Below are positions 35,547 through 45,580 of a stretch of 64,000 nt of DNA, in pieces. The first letter of the stretch is position 1; every line of letters starts with the position of its first letter. The translations under genes and the position numbers were made by a program. The notes under the pieces are model-generated. The model was given only the letters and a program-made list of their open reading frames with translations. It did no database searches and had not been told where the DNA came from. The DNA is from an uncultured Candidatus Saccharibacteria bacterium (GTDB taxonomy: Bacteria > Patescibacteriota > Minisyncoccia > RBG-13-40-8-A): assembly GCA_965231075.1 (NCBI GenBank), contig OZ246412.1, forward strand, positions 321,587-385,586, given 5' to 3'.

Positions 35547-37994
35547 TTACCTTAGATCCAATTCTTCCGGAAGGGTGTCGGCTCCTCGAGAATAAGAAAT
35601 TTTGTCAGAAATTTTTGATCTCTCAAAAATCTCTTTTTCTACAACTGCTTTATCTCGACCATATTTCAGACGAGATAGTTCTTTAATTTTCTCGGCGATC
35701 AGTGGATCACCCTTGGCTGGCGAGTTTGCCTTCATATTAAACGGCACACTAACCATATTATTAATTAATAATTTGACGTAAGCATTAAAATTATCAATAT
35801 TTACGATATCTTGTTGATCAAAAACTGGTTCGAATTGTTTAACCAAAAATTCTGCGTCTTCCGCGCCGACTCGATAAACTGCCATACTGCCAACATTGCC
35901 AAAAACCGCATCCTTAATCTTGTCTTCTAATTGTCCAATGAATTGATGTGCAAGAATTAAATTCAATTTAAATTTTCTTGCCTCAGATAATATTGTGGCA
36001 ATAGTATCGGTTGTAAAATTTTGAAATTCATCAATATAAAGATAAAAATCTTCTAGATTTTTGGCGTTTGTATCGACCCTAGAGAACGCTGCCATCAGAA
36101 ATCTACCAACAATGATTAAACCCAACAAATAACTGTTTATATCTCCCAGGCGCCCTTTCGATAAATTAGCTAAGAAAATTTTCTTTTCGTCCATGATTTT
36201 CCTAAAATCAAAAGCGCTTTTTTGTTGACACAAAATTGGGCGCATAATATCATTGGCCAAAAACACATTTGTTTTAGAGGTAATATAAGGAACCATGTTT
36301 GCCAAAGACGCTTCTCCTCCGGCTTTCTCAGCCTCCTTCTCCCAAAAATCTTTAACTACAATATTGTTGGTTTTGGAAAGCTTGTATTTCCTGAATTGTG
36401 GATCAGCCAATACTTTAGGAACCTCTAAAAGCGTTGCGCCAGACGCAATATCGTCCATAACTAGAAGTATTGCGCCTCGCATATATTGTTGAAACATTGG
36501 ACCCATTGCTTCTAATGACTCTGGAAAAACTTTTCTAAAAATATTGAGCATTTCATTAGAGAGAAATGTTTTCTGTTCGGGAAAATTGGGATCGTATTCA
36601 AGCATATTCAAACCCATCGGTCTTTCTGTGTCCCCAGGATTAAAATAAATTACATCTTCGGCACGTTCTGGTGGGATCATCCCCAAGAGTTCTTCAACGT
36701 CCTTGCCATGAGGATCGATATAACAAACCCCTTTCCCTGCCAAAATATCTTGCTTGATCATGTTTATCGCCAAAGTGGTTTTACCGGTACCAGTCTGTCC
36801 AATAATGTAAAAATGTCTGCGTCTATCGTCATCGGTCATCCTAATTTCTGTTTCTTCTCCTCTGAAAATGTTTTTACCAAGAATCACCCCCTCTTTGGGC
36901 AAAACTGTTGGTGGACATGATTCTTTTGACTTAAGCCACTTCAATTTCGGTGAACTTAAATTAGTTAGTGGAAAATGAAAAACACTAGCAATTTCCTCGC
37001 TATTTAAAACTAATCTCTGTTTACGTTCAAATAACCTAAACGAAAAACTAAAGAAAAGTTTTTTTAATCCACTCTTTTTCATTTTTTCTAGTTTGAAAGA
37101 GTTTAAATTTGGCGAACTAAACTGCTGAAACGAACCACTGAGGTGCGACAATAATTCATCCGACCTGTCTTTGGTTTTGGAAGAAAACAAGAGACGAATA
37201 TTAACTTCAAATCCAGTTTTAGAAATTTTTGATTGCAAACTTTTAATTATCTCTTCGTCAACGGGCGATGTTCTCGGTTGAACAACTGGCGCATCTTTTT
37301 CTTGTTTTTTCTTGGGCTTGTTTTTGAGCGCGTCCTTAAAACTTTGACCCTGATTCATCTTTTGGATTATGTTTAATCCAAATTTTGCCCAATTTTTTCC
37401 CGCCACCTTCAAAACGATCTGCACCGCTCCACCTTCACCGTTTTCCGCTATTTTACTTAGGGCTGTAGAAAGATTCTCTAGTGGATCAATCTCTAATTCT
37501 TTGTAGGTTTTAATTGGCAAAACACTATTCTTGTCTAATTTCAAAAATCCGCCCGATGATTCTCCTTCGGGATTAAAAATATTGTAGTCTTCTGTTTTTT
37601 GTACGATCGCTTTGGGATAGAATCCATAAATTTGTTTTTCTAGAAAATTATCATATTTCTTAGGCACGGCAACATAAAAAGAAATTTCTGAGCCAGAAAA
37701 TGGAACTGCCATTTCTAAAACAATATAAGGTTGGCCATATTTTGCTTTTTTTTCGTACAGTGCGCCCAGACTCGACAAAAACTGCTCCATTACAGCAATT
37801 CGATTCTTCCTTTCGTCCGCAGATAAATCTTGTTTGGCTTCTCTGGGGATTCTAACCAAAAATAGGCTCATGTCTAGGGCCTTGATAATTATTTTTCTTC
37901 CTCGCGATTTATCGATAATAAAAATCAAAAACAACCCTCCCAACAAGAGAGCTATGAAACCCGACACGATATATACGAGCTGCATCGTAGTCAT
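35547..37994 (-). CDS. 815-aa membrane-anchored P-loop ATPase of the HerA/FtsK/VirD4 (DUF87 / type-IV coupling-protein-like) clade. Fused version: membrane N-domain plus ATPase.
   Basis: N-terminal TM helix; Walker A IIGQTGTGKTT then YIDPHGKD; Walker B FYLYIDEFQNF; ILAHQF. The N-domain (1-390) is homologous to the separate ORF at 47115-48386; the ATPase is homologous to the ORF at 45574-47118. Confidence 0.7.
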   Translation of the reverse strand: MTTMQLVYIVSGFIALLLGGLFLIFIIDKSRGRKIIIKALDMSLFLVRIPREAKQDLSADERKNRIAVMEQFLSSLGALYEKKAKYGQPYIVLEMAVPFSGSEISFYVAVPKKYDNFLEKQIYGFYPKAIVQKTEDYNIFNPEGESSGGFLKLDKNSVLPIKTYKELEIDPLENLSTALSKIAENGEGGAVQIVLKVAGKNWAKFGLNIIQKMNQGQSFKDALKNKPKKKQEKDAPVVQPRTSPVDEEIIKSLQSKISKTGFEVNIRLLFSSKTKDRSDELLSHLSGSFQQFSSPNLNSFKLEKMKKSGLKKLFFSFSFRLFERKQRLVLNSEEIASVFHFPLTNLSSPKLKWLKSKESCPPTVLPKEGVILGKNIFRGEETEIRMTDDDRRRHFYIIGQTGTGKTTLAINMIKQDILAGKGVCYIDPHGKDVEELLGMIPPERAEDVIYFNPGDTERPMGLNMLEYDPNFPEQKTFLSNEMLNIFRKVFPESLEAMGPMFQQYMRGAILLVMDDIASGATLLEVPKVLADPQFRKYKLSKTNNIVVKDFWEKEAEKAGGEASLANMVPYITSKTNVFLANDIMRPILCQQKSAFDFRKIMDEKKIFLANLSKGRLGDINSYLLGLIIVGRFLMAAFSRVDTNAKNLEDFYLYIDEFQNFTTDTIATILSEARKFKLNLILAHQFIGQLEDKIKDAVFGNVGSMAVYRVGAEDAEFLVKQFEPVFDQQDIVNIDNFNAYVKLLINNMVSVPFNMKANSPAKGDPLIAEKIKELSRLKYGRDKAVVEKEIFERSKISDKISYSRGADTLPEELDLR

Positions 37995-38004
37995 TAATTT
38001 GAAT

Positions 38005-38376
38005 TTATTTTAATTTTTCATTAGCAACTAATTGATTGTAAAAATAATCAATCAAAGCATCGTGAAATTCGTCTAACAAATAAGGATTATCGAGATTTCG
38101 AGCAATATTTATCGCTTCAATTACCCCTTTGTCCATAGCCATTTGTACCAATAACTGGATCTGTCTTTCCTTGGGTTCGTCTTTTAATTTTTGGGTTGTT
38201 TGCGCGATAACTTGTTGTTGGTTTTGCGTAATTGGCTGTGCGTTAGAGATTTTTTCATTAACCGCTTCTTTTAAAATTTCTTTTTGTTTTTCCACGCTTA
38301 ATTCGCCCTCTTGATTATCCATTTGTCTTAAGGCTTCGGTTTTTTTGTTTTCAAAATTTTTAAATATTTCTTCCAT
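38005..38376 (-). CDS. Hypothetical 123-aa helical protein upstream of the fused ATPase
   Basis: ORF only; Q-rich middle region. Confidence 0.35.
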   Translation of the reverse strand: MEEIFKNFENKKTEALRQMDNQEGELSVEKQKEILKEAVNEKISNAQPITQNQQQVIAQTTQKLKDEPKERQIQLLVQMAMDKGVIEAINIARNLDNPYLLDEFHDALIDYFYNQLVANEKLK

Positions 38377-38417
38377 ATGTTTTTAATTATATCACAAAAA
38401 TGATACAATAAAAACAT

Positions 38418-40190
38418 ATGAAAAAATTATCACCCATTATAGCAATAGCTTGTGTTTTTTTAATGCTTGTTTTGGCGACAATCAGTCAGCAACAAGAATC
38501 GGCAATTATGGACGAAGTAGCGCACATTCCAGCTGGATATTCTTATCTCACCCAAAATGATATGCGCTTAAACCCAGAACATCCTCCGTTACTTAAAGAT
38601 CTATCTGCAATCCCCTTACTTTTTATAAACAACATTAAGTTTCCTATGGGATTGAGTGCTTGGACATCGGAAATTAATAGCCAATGGGATTTTGGTTTTA
38701 ATTTTTTATATAGGTTTGGCAACGATGCCGATAAAATCGTTTTTTGGTCCAGAATACCAATGTTGTTGTTGTTAATTCTGTTAGGATATTTTGTCTATCA
38801 ATGGACAAAAAAATTATACGGCAAGATTCCGGCATTATTCGCAATAATTTTATTCGCTTTTTCGCCAACATTTATCGCTCATGGTCGATATGTAACAACC
38901 GATGTTGGTGCGGCTTTTGCATTTTTTTTCGCCTCTTATTTTTTTATTAAGTGGTTAAGAAGTCAAACCAGCAAAAATCTATTTATTGCCGGCATTGCTT
39001 TTGGCGTTGCTCAATTAATAAAATTTTCTTTGATTTTACTAATTCCCTATTTTGGAATTTTAATTTTGATCTATGTTTATATTAAGTGGCGAGAAGATAA
39101 AAAATTCTGGAAGAACTTTATTAAATATGTTTGGAAATTTGTTTTAATTATGATTATCGGCTTTGTTCTTGTTTATCCGGTATACGCATTTCACGTCGCG
39201 GGCTATCCCGTTGAAAAACAACTTTCTGATACCAAATTTATAGCCTCTACATTTCCTCTTAAGCCCGCTGGAGATCTTGTGGTATGGATGTCTGAACAAC
39301 CAATATTGAGGCCGTATGCTCAATATACAATGGGATTGTTTATGGTATTTATTAGAGCAACCGGCGGTAACACAACTTTTTTCTTAGGCGATGTTACCAA
39401 CAAGGGATGGAAAAGCTACTTTCCGATAGTTTATGCGATTAAGGAACCGTTGGCGCTACACATTCTCACGATTATCGCTCTTTTGGTTCTAGCGGCTGGA
39501 GGGACAATAATTGCATGGAAAAAGATATTTAAATCATTTCCGCAATTTTTGAAAAACAATTTTACAGAAATTGCCATGTTAATTTTCTTAGCGATTTATT
39601 GGGGGGCCAGTCTAACCAGCAATCTCAATATCGGCGTTAGACATATCTTACCCACGTTTCCATTTGTTTACGTTCTAATTTCTGGTCAAATTAAAAAATT
39701 GTTTGAAAAAATCCACAACAAAAAAATAATTACCATCGTTTGGATATTAATTATTGGATTAACTGGTTGGTATGTTGTATCTTCGCTTTCTTCTTTCCCT
39801 TATTATTTGTCTTATTTTAACGAATTAACCGGTGGTAGTAAAAATGGATATAAATATGTTACCGACTCTAATCTTGATTGGGGTCAGGACCTGAAACGAC
39901 TTGCCAAATGGGTTGAGGAAAACAAAATCCCCAAAATTTATGTAGATTATTTTGGAGGCGGAATTCCCAATTATTATTTGTGGGATAAAGTTGAAAATTG
40001 GTCGGGAAACAACAGTCCCGAAGAAGCCAAAGGAAAATGGATAGCGGTCTCGGCAACGTTTAAGCAACAAGGCCAGGCATTGCAAACAAAAGGCTGGACA
40101 CAAAAAACTGACTTCTATTTCTGGCTTAATCAATACGAACCCGTAACGGTCATCGGTAATTCTATTTTTGTATATTATATAGATAAATAA
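38418..40190 (+). CDS. GT-C fold glycosyltransferase (PMT/ArnT-like, GT39/GT83 family)
   Basis: N-terminal loop-1 DE motif (AIMDEVAH), at least 11 TM helices, C-terminal soluble domain. Confidence 0.6.
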   Translation: MKKLSPIIAIACVFLMLVLATISQQQESAIMDEVAHIPAGYSYLTQNDMRLNPEHPPLLKDLSAIPLLFINNIKFPMGLSAWTSEINSQWDFGFNFLYRFGNDADKIVFWSRIPMLLLLILLGYFVYQWTKKLYGKIPALFAIILFAFSPTFIAHGRYVTTDVGAAFAFFFASYFFIKWLRSQTSKNLFIAGIAFGVAQLIKFSLILLIPYFGILILIYVYIKWREDKKFWKNFIKYVWKFVLIMIIGFVLVYPVYAFHVAGYPVEKQLSDTKFIASTFPLKPAGDLVVWMSEQPILRPYAQYTMGLFMVFIRATGGNTTFFLGDVTNKGWKSYFPIVYAIKEPLALHILTIIALLVLAAGGTIIAWKKIFKSFPQFLKNNFTEIAMLIFLAIYWGASLTSNLNIGVRHILPTFPFVYVLISGQIKKLFEKIHNKKIITIVWILIIGLTGWYVVSSLSSFPYYLSYFNELTGGSKNGYKYVTDSNLDWGQDLKRLAKWVEENKIPKIYVDYFGGGIPNYYLWDKVENWSGNNSPEEAKGKWIAVSATFKQQGQALQTKGWTQKTDFYFWLNQYEPVTVIGNSIFVYYIDK

Positions 40191-40287
40191 AAAAATATTC
40201 TCACTGAGACAACTTCGGAAACCGACTGCAGTCGGTTGAGAATTAGTGCGCCATTGACAATTTGCAATGGCGACACGTGTCGACATG
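40188..40287. repeat. Copy B of the roughly 100-bp structured intergenic element
   Basis: TCTCACTGAGACAACTTCGGAAACCGACTGCAGTCGGTTGAGAATTAGTGCGCCATTGACAATTTGCAATGGCGACACGTGTCGACATGAG, lying between convergent genes. Confidence 0.7.
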
Positions 40288-40298
40288 AGAATATTTCT

Positions 40299-40907
40299 TT
40301 ATTTATAGTAAATACGATTTTCGATCCGCAAATCAATATATTGGAGACTCATTCGATCTTCAATTTTTTCATCTAGAACAACTTTTAGCGATAAAAGTTG
40401 TTTTTTAATTTCTTGTTTTAGGCCAAATAAGACATACCAGCTTTCATTGGTCACAACTCTTAATTTATTTACAGGGTAACTGTCGATATCAAAACTAACA
40501 GCACTCAAACCAATTTCTGAAGATAAATAATTTTTTATTTCTGTGATCATATTAATCGTTTCGAGATTTAAAACTTGATCATATAACTTAATTTCTTTAT
40601 CAGAGTAATCTTTAATCAATAAAACTAGTCCTCCGCTTGTTCTGGGAGCGTCTTCAAAAATAACCCCTTGTTTGTCAACGTAAAAACACTTATTTTCCTG
40701 CAAAGAATTCTCTTTGCAAAAAATTCCGATTTGTTCGTATTTTTTAATATCCTCTCTTTTTGTTTGAAAATTTAAATAGGGGATCAAAATGTAAATTAAA
40801 TACAGTGTTAATAAAATCAAAACAATCAGAAGAATTTTTTTTCTTTTTTTTCCTCTCGGCCTGCGCTGATATTGATTTAAATCGATTTTTTTTCTCTTCT
40901 TAAACAT
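40299..40907 (-). CDS. Single-pass membrane protein, possibly FtsQ/DivIB-like (POTRA)
   Basis: Basic N-terminus, TM helix, about 150-aa periplasmic domain; follows alr. Confidence 0.3.
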   Translation of the reverse strand: MFKKRKKIDLNQYQRRPRGKKRKKILLIVLILLTLYLIYILIPYLNFQTKREDIKKYEQIGIFCKENSLQENKCFYVDKQGVIFEDAPRTSGGLVLLIKDYSDKEIKLYDQVLNLETINMITEIKNYLSSEIGLSAVSFDIDSYPVNKLRVVTNESWYVLFGLKQEIKKQLLSLKVVLDEKIEDRMSLQYIDLRIENRIYYK

Positions 40908-42025
40908 TATTTGATTATTCTGGGAATTAATGGATTGATTCTCGACACGATCTCATAGTTTATTGTCCCGACTTTTTGCGCCACCTCTTCTGCGATAACG
41001 AACTCTTTTCCTTGCCCACCAATTAAAACTACCTCATCTTCAATCTGAACGTTATTAATGTGGGTTACATCTACAATCATCATATTCATGCAAATCCTGC
41101 CCAAGACCTTGCATCTTTTATTGCGAATTAAAACATTGCCGACTCCAGACAACTTGCGATCGTAACCATCGTAATAACCAACGGGGATCACCGCAACCTT
41201 TGATTTTTTGAATACTTTTTCCGTTAAACCATAACCGATTGCTGCCCCGGATTTGATGTTTTTTATTTGTGCAACTTTTGTTTTCCAACTTAACACCGGC
41301 TCTAAAGTCAACTTTTTGTGTTCGTTTTTTGCAGAAACAAATGTTTCTTTAGATGGCCAAAGCCCGTAAATTCCAATTCCCACTCTCACTAAATTAAAAT
41401 AGGTTTCCGGAAATAAAATTGTTGCAGCCGTACAGGCAGTATGTTTCACGGGAATTGTGGTGTTATTTCTTTCCAACAGATTTACAACTTCTTTAAATTT
41501 GTTGAGTTGTTTTTCGGCAAAGCTATAATTTGTTGTGTCCTCAATATTTGCAAAATGAGTATAAATTCCTTCGATTTCAATGCGTTGATATTTTTTAATT
41601 AATTTTACAAAATCCAAAACTTGATCTTTTTCTATACCCTGCCTTGAAGTTCCGGTTTCGATTTTTAAATGAACCCTGATCTTTTTATTGATCTTCCCCA
41701 ATTCAATAATTGTTTCTTCGTTGTAGACAACCTGTCTGAAACCGTATTTTACGACATCCTTTAATCTCGATTTTAAAGTATAACCCAATATTAAAATCGG
41801 GGAATTAATCCCCGCTTTTTTTAATCTTATCGCCTCGTTAATCGAGTCAACTCCAAGCCATGTTACGTTGCTGATTTTCAATATTTTTGCTGTTTCAATC
41901 AAACCGTGTCCGTAGGCATTCGACTTCACAACTGCCATTAAATTTACATTTCCGATTAGTTTTTGAAATTGACGAATATTATTCTTGAGAGCGTTTTTAT
42001 TTATCTCCACCCAAGTTTTGTGCAT
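40907..42025 (-). CDS. alr: Alanine racemase
   Basis: PLP site AVVKSNAYGHG. Confidence 0.85.
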   Translation of the reverse strand: MHKTWVEINKNALKNNIRQFQKLIGNVNLMAVVKSNAYGHGLIETAKILKISNVTWLGVDSINEAIRLKKAGINSPILILGYTLKSRLKDVVKYGFRQVVYNEETIIELGKINKKIRVHLKIETGTSRQGIEKDQVLDFVKLIKKYQRIEIEGIYTHFANIEDTTNYSFAEKQLNKFKEVVNLLERNNTTIPVKHTACTAATILFPETYFNLVRVGIGIYGLWPSKETFVSAKNEHKKLTLEPVLSWKTKVAQIKNIKSGAAIGYGLTEKVFKKSKVAVIPVGYYDGYDRKLSGVGNVLIRNKRCKVLGRICMNMMIVDVTHINNVQIEDEVVLIGGQGKEFVIAEEVAQKVGTINYEIVSRINPLIPRIIK

Positions 42026-42028
42026 AAA

Positions 42029-43252
42029 TTAACTAATTTTTTTAATTCCAATATATTTCTGAAGAACTTTGGGAACTTTAATTGTACCGTCTTTTTGTTG
42101 ATAGTTTTCAATAATCGCAATTAATGTTCTGCCAATAGCGAAAGCTGTACCATTTAAAGTGTGCACTAAATTTAGTTTTCCCTGACTATCTTTATATTTA
42201 ATGTTTAATCTTCTGGCTTGAAAATCGGTGCAATTTGACGTTGAATGTGTTTCTCGATACTCGTTTTGTCCCGGCATCCAAGCCTCAATATCATATTTCT
42301 TGGCTGCTGGATCACCTAAATCCCCCGTACAAATATCAATCACGCGGTAAGGAACTTCTAGTTTTTGCATTAACTTTTCTTCCATCGACAAAATTAGTTC
42401 ATGAGCTTTTGCAGATTCTTCTGGCTTACAAAATATAAACATTTCAACTTTATCAAATTGATGAACTCTCAAAATTCCTTTCGTGTCTTTGCCGTAAGAA
42501 CCGGCTTCGCGCCTAAAGCAGGTTGAAAAAGCGACGTATTTTTTGGGTAAATCTTTTTCTTCGAATGTCTCGTCGGCATGAAGTGGTCCGATTGATTGTT
42601 CCGATGTCCCAGTTAAATATAAATCATCTTTATCAAAATAATAAATTTCATCTCCGCCGCGCTCAACATAACCCATCGCCTTCATCATTTCTGGCTTAAT
42701 CATTACTGGCGGGACGACCGGAATAAACCCTTCTTTTCTAGTAATATCCATTGCTAATTGTATCAACCCGAACTCCATTAGCGCTAAATCCCCCTTCAGA
42801 TAGCCAAATCTTGCCCCAGAAACCTTTCCTGCCCGCTTAACATCGATCACGTCCAGTGTTTCTGCGATTTCCATATAATCTTTCGGTTGAAACGAAAATT
42901 TTGTTTTTTTACCCACTTCTCGTAAAATTTTGTTTTCGGTTTCATCTTTGCCAACAATAACATCATCTAGTGGTGGGTTGGGTATTTTGGAAAACATTTC
43001 TTTGAATTCTTTTTCCGCTTTTTCTAATTCCGGCTCCAATTCTTTAATTTTGTTTTTTAATTCTTTAGCCCGCTCGATCTGATCTTTGCCTAATTTTTTC
43101 TGTTCAGCTCTCAATCCTTCGATTTGTTGAATTAACTCTCGTCTTTTTTTGTCTAATTCTAAAACTTCGTCAACATTAACCTTGGCGCGCTTATTTTCAC
43201 ATGCTTGTTTAATTTTTTCCGGATTTTCTCGAAGTAATTTTATATCGATCAT
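42029..43252 (-). CDS. serS: Seryl-tRNA synthetase
   Basis: N-terminal coiled-coil arm plus class II core. Confidence 0.85.
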   Translation of the reverse strand: MIDIKLLRENPEKIKQACENKRAKVNVDEVLELDKKRRELIQQIEGLRAEQKKLGKDQIERAKELKNKIKELEPELEKAEKEFKEMFSKIPNPPLDDVIVGKDETENKILREVGKKTKFSFQPKDYMEIAETLDVIDVKRAGKVSGARFGYLKGDLALMEFGLIQLAMDITRKEGFIPVVPPVMIKPEMMKAMGYVERGGDEIYYFDKDDLYLTGTSEQSIGPLHADETFEEKDLPKKYVAFSTCFRREAGSYGKDTKGILRVHQFDKVEMFIFCKPEESAKAHELILSMEEKLMQKLEVPYRVIDICTGDLGDPAAKKYDIEAWMPGQNEYRETHSTSNCTDFQARRLNIKYKDSQGKLNLVHTLNGTAFAIGRTLIAIIENYQQKDGTIKVPKVLQKYIGIKKIS

Positions 43253-43346
43253 ATCGTTAAAAAATTAACCTAATTGACCTAATTAGTCTAATTAACCTAA
43301 ATTGGGATTTGATTAGAATAATTAGAGTAATTAGAAATTAGAATAA
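43253..43346. repeat. AT-rich degenerate tandem repeats upstream of serS
   Basis: CCTAATTGA / CCTAATTAG / TCTAATTAA / CCTAAATTG units, then AATTAGA x4. Confidence 0.5.
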
Positions 43347-43898
43347 TTATAAATTTAATTCTGTTGCAATTCCCTTCATGGCTTTCAGACCAATTTCGAC
43401 AAATTGTTCTAATGTTAATCCTGCATCCGAACATTTATTAATTATATCTCTGTTTGCGCCTTTAGCAAATCCTTTTTCTTTAAATCTATTTAAAACATTT
43501 TCCGTTGTTACTTCAGTAATCTTTTTGCTTGGCAGAACCAAGACTGAAGCAATAATTAATCCGGTTAATGGATCTACCGGCAATAAAACTTTACCCATCA
43601 AGCTTTCTGGTTTTAATCCGTGTGCTTCGTTGTGGGTTTTTACGGCTTCGCAAATTTCTTTGTCTAGTCCCGCATCCTCTGAAATCTTTGCACCCACAAG
43701 GGAATGTTGAGATAAATCGTCTTTTGTTGTTTCGTAGTCAACGTCATGCAATAATCCTGCCAGTCCCCACCGCTCCAAATCCTCATTGAAGTGCTCCGCA
43801 AATTCTCTCATACACGCTTCAACCGCCAAACAATGTTTAACTAGGTTTTTATTTTGAACCTTTTCGTTTAATAATTTTACTGCTTCTTCTCTGGTCAT
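43347..43898 (-). CDS. HD-domain phosphohydrolase
   Basis: H...HD motif (KHCLAVE...LLHDVDYE). Confidence 0.6.
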   Translation of the reverse strand: MTREEAVKLLNEKVQNKNLVKHCLAVEACMREFAEHFNEDLERWGLAGLLHDVDYETTKDDLSQHSLVGAKISEDAGLDKEICEAVKTHNEAHGLKPESLMGKVLLPVDPLTGLIIASVLVLPSKKITEVTTENVLNRFKEKGFAKGANRDIINKCSDAGLTLEQFVEIGLKAMKGIATELNL

Positions 43899-44009
43899 AA
43901 TATACTTATTTCTTTTTACTTTTTAAATGGGCGAGTCCGAAAAATCGTCGGGTTGGCAGTGGGATCATTATTATAATTATAAAATATAGGCGAGATTTTT
44001 AGGACTTGC

Positions 44010-45506
44010 CTATTTAATCTCTTTCTTTGGTCTCATTAACGGGAAAATAACGGTTTCGCGAATCGGTTTACCCTCTAAAAATGCAAACAACCTTTCAGAA
44101 ACACCAAAACCACAGGTCGGTGGCATGCCATATTCTAGGGCTTCCACAAAATCATTATCGGTCATCTGCGCTTCTTCGTCTCCACCCTCTCTTAGTTTTT
44201 GTTGGTCGTTAAATCTTCCCAGTTGATCAATTGGATCATTTAATTCCGAAAATCCCTTGCCTAGCTCTGACCCCGCCAAAATAACCTGAAATCTTTCCAC
44301 TAAGTTGTTGTCCTTTTCCATTCTTTTGGCTAACGGTTCCATGGTTACTGGCACGTTAATTAAAAATCCCGGACCAGCAATATCTTTTCGGCAATATTTC
44401 CATAAACCGTCAATTGCTCTAGTGATATTAAATCCTTTCTTGTCGTAATCAACTTTCAATTCATTCAATTTGTTTTCTATTGTTTTTAGATCAGAATTTA
44501 ATACATTGATTCCTGTCATTTTTTTTATTATCTCAATATAATCGTAGATTTCCCATTTTTTAGCAAAATCAATATTGAATCCCTTAATTTCAAATTTGGT
44601 TTTACCATAAACTTCTTTAGCAATTTTCTTATACATTTCTTCGATTAATTTCATTCCGTCATTATAATCGGCAAATGCCCAATAAAATTCCATTTGGGTA
44701 TAATCCTGTAAGTGTTCTGCGTCCATGCCTTCGTTTCTAAAAATTCTGCCAATTTCAAAAACTTTCGGATATCCCGCAACAATTAATCTTTTAAGCCATA
44801 ATTCATCAGAAATTCTTAAATAAACATCTAAATCTAAGGCGTTATGATGAGTGATAAATGGCCTGGCCTCTGCGCCACCGGTTGTGTTTTCTAAAACCGG
44901 AGTTTCAACCTCCATAAATCCTTTTTCGATTAAAAAATTTCTCATTGTTTGCCAGAATTTAAATTTTCTCACAAACATTTCTTTTATCTCTGAATTGATT
45001 AGAATATCTAAATATCTTTTTCGTAGTTTCTCTTCAGTGTCTTCAAGTCCATACCATTCACTGGGAATCGGCATTATCGATTTGGTTAAAATTCTCCAAC
45101 TCAAGACTTGAAGGGTTTGTTCGCCTTTTTGAGTTAAAAACAATTTTCCTTTTGCTTCAATAAAGTCCCCCAAATCAATGTTGTTGATAAATAAATCATA
45201 ATTTGTATCACTGATTAGATCTTTTTTGAAATAAAGCTGGATTTTGGCATAACCGTCCTCAATGTGACAAAAAGTTGAACCTCCGTGCCCTCTTAATGAA
45301 CGCACCCTACCCACCAAGGTTATTTCTTTGCCTTTTTGCACAACCCCGTTTTTGTCTGGCTTGCCAGCAAGTTTTTTAAAACCATCTATTGCTTCGGCGT
45401 TGGTGTGTGTAAATGAAACACCAGCCGTAAACGGATTCATTCCGGCTTTTTTTAGATTTTCTAATTTTTGTATCCTAACTTTTCGGATTTCTTCTAAATT
45501 GTCCAT
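44010..45506 (-). CDS. lysS: Lysyl-tRNA synthetase (class II)
   Basis: OB anticodon domain plus class II core. -10 TAAGAT lies 6 nt before the ATG (leaderless). Confidence 0.85.
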   Translation of the reverse strand: MDNLEEIRKVRIQKLENLKKAGMNPFTAGVSFTHTNAEAIDGFKKLAGKPDKNGVVQKGKEITLVGRVRSLRGHGGSTFCHIEDGYAKIQLYFKKDLISDTNYDLFINNIDLGDFIEAKGKLFLTQKGEQTLQVLSWRILTKSIMPIPSEWYGLEDTEEKLRKRYLDILINSEIKEMFVRKFKFWQTMRNFLIEKGFMEVETPVLENTTGGAEARPFITHHNALDLDVYLRISDELWLKRLIVAGYPKVFEIGRIFRNEGMDAEHLQDYTQMEFYWAFADYNDGMKLIEEMYKKIAKEVYGKTKFEIKGFNIDFAKKWEIYDYIEIIKKMTGINVLNSDLKTIENKLNELKVDYDKKGFNITRAIDGLWKYCRKDIAGPGFLINVPVTMEPLAKRMEKDNNLVERFQVILAGSELGKGFSELNDPIDQLGRFNDQQKLREGGDEEAQMTDNDFVEALEYGMPPTCGFGVSERLFAFLEGKPIRETVIFPLMRPKKEIK

Positions 45507-45529
45507 GATTTTATCTTAACAGATTTCTG

Positions 45530-45580
45530 AAAATAAAAAAAGAGGGGCGCCTAAGGCGCCCCTCTTTTTATTTTTATTCT
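45530..45580. terminator. Bidirectional terminator between lysS and the ATPase gene
   Basis: A-run, AGAGGGGCGCC-TAA-GGCGCCCCTCT, T-run. Confidence 0.7.
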
